Below, one piece after another: positions 1-11,193 of a stretch of 64,000 nucleotides of DNA. This DNA is from Glycera tridactyla (lineage: Eukaryota). Within the stretch, counting starts at the first letter, position 1; every line of letters starts with the position of its first letter. The notes below the pieces were generated by a model. It was not told the DNA's origin. It was given only the letters and a program-made list of their open reading frames with translations, and did no database searches. The stretch lies in the NCBI GenBank assembly GCA_965644265.1, contig OZ286465.1, forward strand, positions 89,652,001 to 89,716,000, written 5' to 3'. Both the position numbers and the translations under genes were made by a program.

Positions 1-329
1 GAGCTCATGCAGACCACCTTCTGGTGTAGAAATATGCTCATGGCACACAGGCTACTCGTTCTCACACCTCATACATGGTCACCCATCCCATGACTGGCAG
101 CGATAGCAGCCTCTCCACACTTTGGATCAAGTGTGAATATGATACCACCACAGAGGAGAGGTACACTATCAACAACAATGCATAGTAGGTCGTTTTACCT
201 CAGATACAAAGAGTCATCATCACATAAGAAGCATTCAGAGCTGAGTACCCGGTAGTTTTCCATGAATCCTGACATGAACAGCATCGATGAATCCTGGATG
301 AATCGATTGAGAAGACTATTCTCAGAAAT

Positions 330-760
330 TCCAAGAGGTATGCCTGTTTGGAACCTTCAAGTGCATTCCATGATGCTAGGGTGATCCTCGCATTATTGTG
401 AATATGATCAAATATTTGCCTAAAAGGAAGGACAATACCTGGTGAACGTTCTTTCTCGAGCTACTGTGGCATTGTATCATTCACCCAGTTGAAGGCGTGT
501 CTGAAGGGACAGTTACCTCCACTTGACAACGTATCTGGTTCCCGATCATCGAGTTATCTGGATTTGTAAGCTCTCAAATATCTAGAAGACATGAGATGGT
601 TCATGCTGTCCGACATAAAACAATGAATTACTCGCATGATGAGTTTACTGTAGCATATCGTATGATTGGATTGGCAGTGAGCCACGAAAAGAACGAACTG
701 TGGACCGGAAGCCTTGTCAAGCATGTTTGGAGCCCAGCAAAGCCTCCAAATTGCAAGGGT
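330..760 (+). pseudogene. Decayed Ty3/Gypsy pol fragment (RNase H C-terminus region)
   Basis: Frame-broken translation around 400-460 gives IKYLPKRKDN / LVNVLSRA, resembling the IxYxPGKxNxxADALSR motif that ends Gypsy RNase H. Multiple stops. Confidence 0.35.
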
Positions 761-789
761 CTGTTATGGAACGCCATTGGGGACTTTAT

Positions 790-2480
790 TGACCATTTAG
801 GGTTCTCCCTAATTCGATTTATGGAGAACCATATTTATTTAGGGAGATCCATAAATCATTTAGGGTGTTCAATAAATGAATTAGGGTAAACCCTAAATAA
901 TTATGGAGATCACTAAATCGATTTAGGGTTCTCCATAAATCATTTATGGAGATCCCTAATTCGAAGATATAGGGAGAACCATAAATCATTTATGGTTTTT
1001 CCTGAATGAAATATGGTCTTCAATAATTCGAATTAGGGAGAACCCTAAATCGATTAAGGGATCTCCCTAGATCAATTTACGGAGTTCCCTGAATCAGGCC
1101 TGCCCATAGTGCTGCGATCTTACTTCAAATAAAGACATTTAGGGAGATCCTTAATTCAATTTAGTGATCTCCATGAATCGATTTATGGTATTCCTTAATC
1201 CATGCCAGTCTATGGTGCTGCCATCTTACTTCAAATGTAGGCATTTAGGGAGATCCCTAATTCGATTTAGTGATCTCCATAAATCGATTTATGGTTTCCC
1301 ATAATTTGATTTAGGGATCACCCTAGAAGGATTTAGGGATCTCCCTAAATCTTCCCTGAATCTGGCCAGCCCATGGTTCTGCCATCTTACTTCAAATGAG
1401 GGCATTTAGGGAGATCCCTAATTCGATTTAGTGATCTCCATAAATCGATTCATGGTATTCCATGATTCGATTTAGGGATCACCCTAAATTGATTCAGGGA
1501 TCTCCCTCAATCAATTTATGGAGTTCCCTGATTCGATTTAGTGATCTCCATAAATGGATTTATGGTTTTCCCTAATTTGAATTAGTGATCACCCTGAATC
1601 GATTTAGGGATCTCCCTAAATTAATTTATGGAGTTCCCTAAATCAGGCCAGCACATGGTGCTGCCATCTTACTTCAAATGAAGGCATTTAGGGAGATCCC
1701 TAATTTGATTTAGTGATCTCCATAAATCGATTTATGGTATTCCCTAATTCGATTTAGGGATCACCCTAAATCGATTTAGGGATCTCCCTAAATCGATTCA
1801 TGGAGTTCCCTAATTCGATTTAGTGATCTCCATGAATGGATTCATGGTTTTCCCTATTTCGAATCAGGGATCACCCTAACTCGATTTAGGGATCTCTCTG
1901 AATCAATTTATGGAGTTCCCTAAATTAGGCCAGCCCATGGTGCTGCCATCTTACTTCAAATGAAGGCATTTAGGGAGATCCCTAATTCGATTTAGTGATC
2001 TCCATGAATGGATTCATGGTTTTCCCTATTTCGAATCAGGGATCACCCTAAATCGATTTAGGGATCTCCCTGAATCAATTTATGGAGTTCCCTAAATCAG
2101 GCCAGCCCATGGTGCTGCCATCTTACTTCAAATGAAGGCATTTAGGGAGATCCCTAATTCGATTTAGTGATCTCCATAAATGGATTTATGGTTTTCCATA
2201 ATTTGAATTAATGATCACCCTAAATCGATTTAGGGATCTCCCTAAATCAATTTATGGAGTTCCCTAAATCAGGCCAGCCCCTGGTGCTGCCATCTTTCTT
2301 CACATGAAGGCATTAAGGGAGATCCCTAATTCGATTTAGTGATCTCCATAAATCGATTTATGGTATTCCATAATTCGATTTAGGGATCACCCTAAATCGA
2401 TTTAGGGATCTCCCTAAATCGATTCGTGGAGTTCCCTTATTCGATTTAGTGATCTCCATAAATCGTTTTATGGTTTTCCC
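790..2480. repeat. Subterminal satellite of ~19-20 bp palindromic units (e.g. CCCTAAATCGATTTAGGG) with a recurring GGCCAGCCCATGGTGCTGCCATCTTACTTCAAATG module
   Basis: The module recurs near 1097, 1203, 1364, 1646, 1928, 2100 and 2272. The same units occur inverted at 4134-4880. Confidence 0.9.
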
Positions 2481-2942
2481 AGGAGACAGGGAGGGAGAGA
2501 GAGAGATTCCAGAGATTGCTGTTATGACGTCATAATGAAGGAAGCTCTGTCTCGTCACAATCAGTGGGTGATACCAAGGGTACAACCAATTGTGACGTCA
2601 TGAAGCGGGAGCGGGAGACGGAGACGGAGAGGGAGACGAGGAGGGAGAGAGAGTGAGAGAGGGGGAAGGAAGAGAGGGGAGGGGAGGGAGAGAGAGAGCA
2701 TGAGTGGGAGCAAGAGCGGGAGACGGAGACGGANNNNNNNNNNNNNNNNNNNNNNNNNNNNNNNNNNNNNNNNNNNNNNNNNNNNNNNNNNNNNNNNNNN
2801 NNNNNNNNNNNNNNNNNNNNNNNNNNNNNNNNNNNNNNNNNNNNNNNNNNNNNNNNNNNNNNNNNNNNNNNNNNNNNNNNNNNNNNNNNNNNNNNNNNNN
2901 NNNNNNNNNNNNNNNNNNNTAGGTGCCATTATTTCGACGCCA

Positions 2943-2989
<47 letters not shown>

Positions 2990-3778
2990 GTAGTGTTCAT
3001 GGTGGTGATGGTGGCAGTGACGGCTGTGGTGACATTGACAATGGTGGTGGTGGTGGTGGTGGTGGTGATGCTGGTGCTGGTGATGGTGTCGGTGCCGGTG
3101 GTGCTGGTGCTGGTGCTGGTGCTGGTGGAGATGGTGGTGGTGGTGCTGGTGATCCTGGTGATGGTGCTGATGGTGATGGTGCTGATGGTGATGGTGCTGG
3201 TGGTGGTGATGGTGGTGATTGTGCCGGTGGTGTTGCTGATGCTTGTGGTGGTGCTGCTAGTGCTGGTGATTGTGNNNNNNNNNNNNNNNNNNNNNNNNNN
3301 NNNNNNNNNNNNNNNNNNNNNNNNNNNNNNNNNNNNNNNNNNNNNNNNNNNNNNNNNNNNNNNNNNNNNNNNNNNNNNNNNNNNNNNNNNNNNNNNNNNN
3401 NNNNNNNNNNTGCTGCCGGTGATGGTGCAGGTTGTGCTGCTGGTAATGCTGGTGCTGGTGGTGGTGGTGGTGGTGGTGGTGCTGCAGGTGTATGTGTCAG
3501 GTGTGAGTGTGTCAAGTGTGTGTCAGGTGTGTGTGTGTGTGTGTGTGTGTGTCAAGTGTGTGTGTGTGTGTCAGGTGTGTTTGTCAGGTATGTGTGTGTT
3601 GGGTGTGTGTCAGGTGTGTGTGTTAGGTGTGTCACACTTGGTGGTGTGACACACACACAAACCTGACACACACACACACCTGATATACACACCTGAAACA
3701 CACACCGAACACACATACCTGACACACACATTCACCTGATATACACACCTGAAACACACACCCAACACACACATGCCT

Positions 3779-3817
<39 letters not shown>

Positions 3818-4133
3818 GATATACATACCTGAAACACACACCTAACACACACCTGACACACACACCTTAACACACACAACTGACACACACACCTGACACA
3901 CGTAAACCTGACACACGTAAACCTGACACACGCATACCTAACACACACACACCTGACACACACACACACCTGCAGCACCAGCACCAGTAGCACCACCAGC
4001 AGCACCACCACCACCATCACCACCACCACCATCACCAGCAGCACCACCATCACCAGCAGCACAACCAGCACCATCATCACCACCACCACCGCCACCACCA
4101 TCACCAGCAGCACCACCAACATCATCACCAGCA
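2990..4133. repeat. Long palindrome built from (GGT)n/(GT)n and (AC)n/(ACC)n microsatellite arms
   Basis: GGT-rich then GT-rich left arm, centre GTGTGTCACAC-ttggtg-GTGTGACACAC (loop 3638-3643), then AC-rich and ACC-rich right arm. Confidence 0.8.
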
Positions 4134-4880
4134 GGAGATCCCTAATTCGAATTATCGAGATCCATGAATCGATTTATGGAGATCCCTAATTCAAATTATG
4201 GAGATCCCTAAATCGATTTAGGGTGATCCCTAATTCGAATTATGGAAAACCATAAATCGATTTATGGAGATCACTAAATCAAATTAGGGATCTCCCTAAA
4301 TGCCCTCATTTGAAGTAAGATGGCAGCACCATGGGCTGGCCTGATTTAGGGAACTCCATAAATCGATTTAGGGAGATCCCTAATTCGTTTTAGGGTGTTC
4401 GAATCATGGAAAAACATAAATCAATTCATGGAGATCACTAAATTTGGTGGACTTGCAACATGACTGAATTATGGAGTTCCATAATTCATTCATGGAACTC
4501 CCTAAATGATATATGGATATTGGCATATAGTCGTGATTTAGGGTATACCATAATTGATTTACGGTTCTCACTAAATGTCGTGGCAATCCTTGCAGTTTGA
4601 TACCGAAATCCATTATTCAATATGGGATCACCATAATTCAAGGGGGGAAATCACTAATTCGACCAGCTCATTTCTCATATCATGGTTTTCTCTAAATCGA
4701 TTTATGGTTCTCCATAATTCTGATTTAGTGAAAAACCATAATTCGAATTAGGGAGATCACTAAATACTCGAATAATTAGGGTTCTCCATAATTCGATTCA
4801 GGGAATACCCTAAATGATTCAGGGATCTCCCTCAATAAATAAGGTTCTCCATAAATCGAATTAGGGAGATCCCTAAATGG
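4134..4880. repeat. Inverted copy of the subterminal satellite (right arm)
   Basis: CATTTGAAGTAAGATGGCAGCACCATGGGCTGGCC at about 4307-4341 is the reverse complement of the left-arm module. Confidence 0.9.
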
Positions 4881-5529
4881 TGAATAAAGTCCCCAATGGC
4901 GTTCCATAGTCTGTGGTGTTTCAATGCGTGTCATCGGCGCTCCCCTCTGACTTCACACACGATTGTACGTATATGTGTTCCTTTGTGATTGAAACTCGTC
5001 CACTTTTTCAAAGGACGAACTGGCAGGTAATTCTTGTCTTGTCTTGAGTTGTACGGTAATCGGTGAAGGTAATAATAAAATCCAATTCCATTCGAAATGT
5101 ATCATGAGTATGGGAGTATACAACAGCTACATCACACTCGGTGTTCGCGCATGTATGTGTCTCACACGACCGCAATTCCAACGCACCAAATCTGAATCAA
5201 TCCGCCATCAATCTTATCGGCGGCGGCTTCTCTCATCCCAGACAATACATGCGAAGAGTAACTCGAGCATGAACTTTTGTCGACAACCTAGAACCGTGAG
5301 ACTATATGCAATCATTGAGCCAGTATCCATGGCGGGAATAATTTGATCTTCGCGTGCGTGGTGGTGTCGATATGGTGTGGGTTTTTATTACATAGAAATG
5401 AATACAATACAATATTCATCTATTTTATATTGCCATCGGAGTTTGTATGAGCAAAGCTAGAATGAATTAGTCCCGTTCCATCATCCGTATTTTGTCTCAA
5501 AGCTAGTCAAGTTTGGTTCAGTACCAAGT

Positions 5530-6350
5530 GTAGGTGTAGTGGTGGTGGTGATAGTGGTGGTGGTGGTGATGATGAGAATGGTGGTGATGACGGCGGCGAT
5601 GTCGGATGTTGCTGTGATGATGTCAGTGGTGTAAGCCGAAGGAACGTATTTCTAGGGATCAGCAGGGGTTCGTCAGAATCATATTTTCTGTCAACGTGGG
5701 CGGTTTGTTCCGGCTTGATATTGTCGGTTGGGATGGTGCAAGTCATAGTATTGTTGGTGTTTGTAGTGATGGTTGCAGCGGCAGCGGTGTTGGTGGTTGT
5801 GTTTGTGGTGGTGGTGGTGGTGGTGGTGGTGGTGGTGGTGGTGGTGATGGTGATGGTATTTAGGAGCGAGAATGATACTAGCTACTGATGTGACAGATAT
5901 TTTTCTTGTTTTATAATGTAACAATGTATGTAAGAATATGTGTGTATCTTGTTATTTGTCATGAAGATATGTTTTTCAGTGTCTGATATGGAATGGAGAT
6001 GAGCTGTCACAGCTCATATCCACTTGAAAAAATTGTGAAACCTCATGAAGCTCCTATGAAGTCTTATGAGGCTGATGCTGATGCTGATGTTGGTGCTGGT
6101 GGAGATGCTATTGGTGGTGGGGATACTGGCGCTGGTGGTGTTGATGCTGACGGTGCTGTTAGTGATACTGGTGCTGGTGGTCTCGATGCCGCTATCGATA
6201 CTAGTACTAGTAGTGTTGATGTAGGTGGTGCTGGTGGTGATGTCGGTGTTGGTGCTGCTGTGGTGATATAGGTGCTGGTGGTAACAGTGGGGCTGGTGGC
6301 GTTGATCATGGGAGGTGTCGGTGGTACTGATGCTAATGATGATACCGGTA
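5530..6350. repeat. (GGT)n / GAT / GCT low-complexity tracts
   Basis: Direct reading. The ORFs listed here are compositional artefacts. Confidence 0.8.
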
Positions 6351-8026
6351 CCCTCCATCATTGTGCATCAAACTTGTGAGTGGTGATCATGGCAACAACA
6401 TTGATTGCATGACTCCTCACTGTAGTGGAACTGAGTGTAGTTTCACTCCATGAATTGCACCAGCCTACTACTTCTCACAATACATTAATGAAGTGTGCTA
6501 ATCATCAATTCACCAAAATGTAGGTTAATAAGGCTGGGTGATACATAGCAGGTATCACCCAACTAATCTCCATGAGATATGCCACTCATTAGCCACCTTC
6601 GGGAGTCGCTAGTGAGCAGCTATGATGCACGGAAGACACAGCACGAGACATCACCCATTGTACTCTTTCAAAAGACTAATTGTCTGGCGAATAGACGAAT
6701 CCGTGCTTTGTTATGGTACTAACGAAGGAAGCATTAGATATGTGAATGGAGCAGTTTCAGTAGAACTCTTTCCGATCAGGCATAGAAAATATCTCCGAAG
6801 CTTATGCGGATTGAGTGAAAGGCCCTTTTGTTGATTTATGACACGTAGACCCTGTCTTGATCATGATGGCAGGGCTTGTACCTATCTTTCCACCTCTGTC
6901 ACCCTTTCTCTCTTTCAACCCCCTTCTCTCTATCCACCCATTTCTCCCTTTCACTTCATTCCACAATGAATTGTTGTCACCTTTACCAAGATTTATTTGC
7001 ATACAGATGATTTGATGCCAGGCCTCAGATATAGGATTCGTATATGTTACGTATATGCTCGCATGGTCAGTTACCTGAGTGATATGCTAGTGACGTCGGC
7101 TGACAAGAATCAACGTTCGATAAACGCCCTGTGGACATTCAGAAATCGATGGTTGGACCATTGCAATCAGCACGACGTCCATTGAACATCCGTTGGACGC
7201 TAACAAATAAACAGAGTTTACCAACGGTCAATTGACGTCCACTGGATGTCCAAATTCGGACCTCTCACGAATTTGACGTCCGTGGACGTATCAGGAAATA
7301 TGTGAAGTCTGTCAAGTTAGACCGTGCCGGGAACGTTTTTCGCCCAAGCATCGCGAATTTGCAAATGACACTCAGGGACATGGTTCGGCTGACTGGAAAT
7401 GTAATCGCGACGAGGTTCCCTTGTATATTCCACCCATTAACGCCAAATATTTCGATTTCACACAGGATTTCACGGCGAGTGCGGTGGCGATATCTCCATT
7501 GTTTCACGAACAAACATCCGCCGATAATGCTGGTAAATTCGCCAAATAAATGCAATAAAATGAGCACAAAGGCTGACCGAAACCGAGTCCGATGATAGCC
7601 GTGATGCCTATACAATGCATCAATGCCATTAAAACTTGAACCAGATAACAAATGGTGAATTCACATTTGGATTTGACAGAGTATAATTCCAGTCATGGTC
7701 CAGGTTGGTCCAGGTTGGCGTGGCAGTGAATCGCCGGTCTACTTTACAAACTGAAATGTCTAGAGATCTTCTGTCTGTAGAAAACTTTTCTCAGGAGGAG
7801 GGTGAGCATCTAATTATGTGTTATTATGAACATATGAAACTTCAGCAAATACTTATAATGCCGAAACATGTCGCAATGTAAGTAAAATGGTCTCAAGCAT
7901 CATTTGTTCTGCACGTCCATTATCATCACAACAAAATATCAGGTATCTGTCAATTGAGAATACATGCGCGTTATTTAGATCCGTTAATCAAAGTATGATG
8001 GAATATATCATATTGCAGAAGGCATA

Positions 8027-8544
8027 TATTTCATATATTCATTTCTCAATATGACTGAAAATTGTATTAAGTCGAAATAATATTCAGATTCGAGACGAGA
8101 ATCGAGTATAACCGAGAATAAGATATTTCAGGATTAATCATATTGGGGTGACAAGTACCACCCAACCCATTAGCCAATAAGCACAATAAGGGGAGGGATT
8201 AGTCCGGATATATAAGAGCGTGCAAGGCGGCGGCACAGCGAGGTTGCATCGGTGTGCCCCAGTCTTACCACACAAAAGGAGTGGGCTCAAAAGAGTCCTT
8301 CTCTGGCTTCCTCCATCATGCGAAGGGTGTTGCATGTGTTTCGATATAGACTTTCGTTGAACTCGTGATTTTGATAATTTCGTCATTTCATCGTGGGTCA
8401 GTTGCCATAGTCCGGAAGATTCCTACCTCTCACAATCCCCGTGGTCACAGGATATTCCGTTGAAGGTTATTACAGTGTGAGTTGTTTGTTTGAATGGATG
8501 ATGGTAGAAATTCAGTGGTCCGCTGAGGGCCACGATACCAAATA
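8027..8544 (+). repeat. 5' LTR
   Basis: Identical to 20497-21014 except at 8329, 8330, 8363 and 8491. Ends TATTT...AAATA. Confidence 0.95.
8174..8215 (+). promoter_or_regulatory. LTR U3 promoter: CCAAT (8174-8178) and TATATAA (8209-8215)
   Basis: Canonical motifs at a typical spacing, present in both LTRs. Confidence 0.65.
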
Positions 8545-8545
8545 T

Positions 8546-8563
8546 TGGTGGAGAAGCGTCGGG
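8546..8563 (+). promoter_or_regulatory. Primer-binding site, probably tRNA-Ala
   Basis: TGGTGGAGAAGCG lies 1 nt after the LTR. TGGTGGAGAA is complementary to the ...UUCUCCACCA 3' end of metazoan tRNA-Ala(AGC) as recalled from vertebrate sequence; the host tRNA was not checked. Confidence 0.7.
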
Positions 8564-8650
8564 TAAATTTCTACCTTGGACACATATATATATATATATA
8601 TAACAATAACAGTTTCATTTGTTGAGTGGAATACCTTGTTGGAAACCACG

Positions 8651-9577
8651 ATGAGTGACAGTGAGCACAGTGCGCGGGACGTGGTTTACGAAAACCCGGA
8701 ATATATGAGTCATGGTGCTTTGAGTGTGACAGACAACGTAGAATCACACGAAGACACTCTTCATGAGGCGGAGAGTGACAATTCGAACAGCGCGATGTCG
8801 GAGGCTGTTAGTTCGAACAGATGTGGAACTAATGATTGGTATACTGAAGACTCATATGATGAGATATTACTTCGTACAGAAAAGGTGTTAGCAGATTCGG
8901 CTGCAAAACCGGATACAGTACCAACGGCACGTGTGGACAGACTGAGAACATTGGATGGAGTGAATCGCGAGACCGCAAATTCGGAGAGAATAAGTACGCC
9001 GCTATCTCGTGGTCGGCATGACATCAGACCGATGACTTTGGATGATAAATTCTTGCCGCGAGTGGGCTTTCCTGGAAGAAAACATGAACTCGATGGTGAA
9101 TGTCATGAATATAGTGGCAGACATCATGGAGATCCATTTACGGATAATGAATTGCGCCCACCACGCTTGGATAGGGACTCATCATATTGCTTTGGAGATC
9201 CATTTCCAATTGTGACTTTGGACAATATACCGGAACATCCACATCCGGTACCTATACGGGATAGAGTTTACTCCCCACCACACAGGCACAGTGAGATGGA
9301 GGAAACAACGCCATCGTATTCGGAAGACGAGTTGGCAGCTTATTCATCGCTAGAATTGTCTACACCATCTACACCGGAAACCCCACCGCCACCATATGCA
9401 GAAACGGAACAGACACCGGAAACATCGTCAACAGAGTCTGAAGAAGGAACAGGTAACCAATCATTGTTTGAAACAGACTGGTCAAAATTTCTTATGAACG
9501 ATTGCCGACTCAGAAAGACTCTCGAAAACCGTTTGATAAAGTTGTCGGCTCTCACAGAAATCCAACCAGAACATTAA
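8651..9577 (+). CDS. ORF0 / Gag N-terminal part: acidic, disordered, with PPPPY motif
   Basis: ATG at 8651 in good context (ACCACGATGA), open to TAA at 9575-9577. Rich in D/E/S/T/P. PPPPY at 9383-9397. Overlaps the gag frame (-1) over 9472-9577. Confidence 0.7.
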   Translation: MSDSEHSARDVVYENPEYMSHGALSVTDNVESHEDTLHEAESDNSNSAMSEAVSSNRCGTNDWYTEDSYDEILLRTEKVLADSAAKPDTVPTARVDRLRTLDGVNRETANSERISTPLSRGRHDIRPMTLDDKFLPRVGFPGRKHELDGECHEYSGRHHGDPFTDNELRPPRLDRDSSYCFGDPFPIVTLDNIPEHPHPVPIRDRVYSPPHRHSEMEETTPSYSEDELAAYSSLELSTPSTPETPPPPYAETEQTPETSSTESEEGTGNQSLFETDWSKFLMNDCRLRKTLENRLIKLSALTEIQPEH

Positions 9578-11193
9578 AACCTCAGAAGCATGAAGTTTTC
9601 AGACCACTGCATGGTACAGGTGCAAAAGGAGTGAGTCAGAATTTGTATGAATGGATGAAACCGGAACATGAGTGGGATGATAGTGAGACTGGTTCATCAG
9701 ATATGTCAGATGAGGTGGATACTTCAGTTGTGATAGAGAAATGTGGAAGTATCTGGGATATGACATGCTGGAATATGAGAAAAATGAGTGAAGATATAAC
9801 TGAGGGAGTGCATATGATCCATGTGACAGGGGAGCCTACAATACCAATTCCAAATTTTATGCCTGACGATGCGGGGGCGGCTGCGAAGCATAGGGTAAAT
9901 GTTAAACTCCCAAAATTTAAACGGACGATGAACCCTACAGAGTGGATGACATTATATGAGCGATATGCTCAATTGTATGGGTTGTCAGATCGGGAGAAAC
10001 TAGATAATTTTGTATTTCACCTTTCTCCAGAGTTGTGGGGATGGTATTCAGGGGAAACAATCACTCAGGCGACTCGCTGGACCGATTTTCAGACAGCTTT
10101 CCTTGAAGAGTTTTGTGTGCCGAATTGTAACGAGTACTCATATTTGGCCAACTTGTATAATTTGAAGCAGGGAAGTCGGTCTTGTAAAGTATGGGGAGAC
10201 CAAGTCATAGCAGCGGTGCGATTATTACATCGCATGCGACAGGGAGATGATGTCGATGACACGGTGTTTCGGGAGATGAAATCGATTATTTTGGCCGGAG
10301 CAAATCCAACAACCAGACAGCAATTGCTTGTAAATGATCCGAAAACCTATACTGATTCAAAGAAAGCACTGATTTTGGTTTCGGGTTTGGAGAGCGGAGC
10401 CGAACAGAGCAACTCTCTCAGCATGGAGACCTTGAAACAGGAGATGCAAAAACTACTTCCTGACATTCTTACTCCAATAGTAAGACAATGTGGTCCTTCC
10501 GGGGGAATTAGTGAATCTATTTCTGGAATTCAGGGACAGGGAGGTAAACCCAAAACAAAGAAATCCACCAAGGTAAATGCAATACAACCTGAATCCACAG
10601 GGGGTCAATTTCAAGGTCAGTTACATGGGCAGGACGTTTCAGAAAATGATAGAGGGGTCCAGTGTTATGCATGTCATGGCTACGGCCACTATAGATCTGA
10701 ATGCCCTAACACAGTTGGTCAGGGAAACCGTCAGGGTAGACGAGGAAGTCGGGCAAATTCAGGTCGGGGTCGTGGAAATTTTAGAGGCAGATCGCGAAAC
10801 AATCAGCGGGATTTGCCTGTATGCCAAGTGTGTAACAGAATGGGACACACAGCGGGAACATGTTTTGTAGTAGCACAGACATATCTAAGAAGGCAGGGGC
10901 CTACAGGGGGAAGCCAATATCATGCGGCTATAGCAGAGGCTATGCAAAATTCAATGGATGAAAATTCGGGATTTTCCAGGGGAGCTCACCGAGGCGCACG
11001 AGGCAGGGGAGCAGAGGGTAGATCCTGGGTCGCGAACCCGGTTTTGTGGGTAACGATTCAATTTACAGACCCCAACCTAACTATGAGGAACATTACGAAG
11101 ACAACTGACTCCATTCCCAGGGGTTTCGGAATCGAGGGGCTGAAAAGGGCTGTGAGTTACAGAAACAGGGGTTCTCCCATGATGAATTTGTGA
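9502..11193 (+). CDS. gag: Gag (capsid plus nucleocapsid with two CCHC zinc knuckles)
   Basis: Capsid-like LPKFKRTMNPTEWMTLYE...ELWGWY. CYACHGYGHYRSEC (10663-10704) and CQVCNRMGHTAGTC (10822-10863) flank an RG-rich linker. Confidence 0.92.
   Translation: MPTQKDSRKPFDKVVGSHRNPTRTLKPQKHEVFRPLHGTGAKGVSQNLYEWMKPEHEWDDSETGSSDMSDEVDTSVVIEKCGSIWDMTCWNMRKMSEDITEGVHMIHVTGEPTIPIPNFMPDDAGAAAKHRVNVKLPKFKRTMNPTEWMTLYERYAQLYGLSDREKLDNFVFHLSPELWGWYSGETITQATRWTDFQTAFLEEFCVPNCNEYSYLANLYNLKQGSRSCKVWGDQVIAAVRLLHRMRQGDDVDDTVFREMKSIILAGANPTTRQQLLVNDPKTYTDSKKALILVSGLESGAEQSNSLSMETLKQEMQKLLPDILTPIVRQCGPSGGISESISGIQGQGGKPKTKKSTKVNAIQPESTGGQFQGQLHGQDVSENDRGVQCYACHGYGHYRSECPNTVGQGNRQGRRGSRANSGRGRGNFRGRSRNNQRDLPVCQVCNRMGHTAGTCFVVAQTYLRRQGPTGGSQYHAAIAEAMQNSMDENSGFSRGAHRGARGRGAEGRSWVANPVLWVTIQFTDPNLTMRNITKTTDSIPRGFGIEGLKRAVSYRNRGSPMMNL
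11121..11127 (+). promoter_or_regulatory. Candidate -1 gag-pol frameshift heptamer G GGT TTC
   Basis: X XXY YYZ pattern in the gag frame. The pol frame is open from 11109, and -1 slippage enters it. Confidence 0.6.

Larger units (their letters stand above)
765..4908. mobile_element. Non-autonomous fold-back DNA transposon, IS3EU-like
   Basis: Left end TATGGAACGCCATTGGGGACTTTATTGACCATTTAGGG matches the reverse complement of the right end (4871-4908) with 1 mismatch. GTCTGT is duplicated at 759-764 and 4909-4914. TAY...RTA termini with a 6-bp TSD are the recalled IS3EU signature. No transposase. Confidence 0.75.

Noticed and set aside
2700-6361. Poly-Gly/Ala/Val/Thr/His ORFs
   Set aside because: Translations of microsatellites and N gaps.
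7180-7310. Cluster of GACGTCC/GGACGT motifs
   Set aside because: Suggests a transposon subterminal region, but no TIR pair or TSD could be defined.
9852-9858. A AAT TTT slippery heptamer in gag
   Set aside because: The -1 frame hits TGA within three codons. No evident product.
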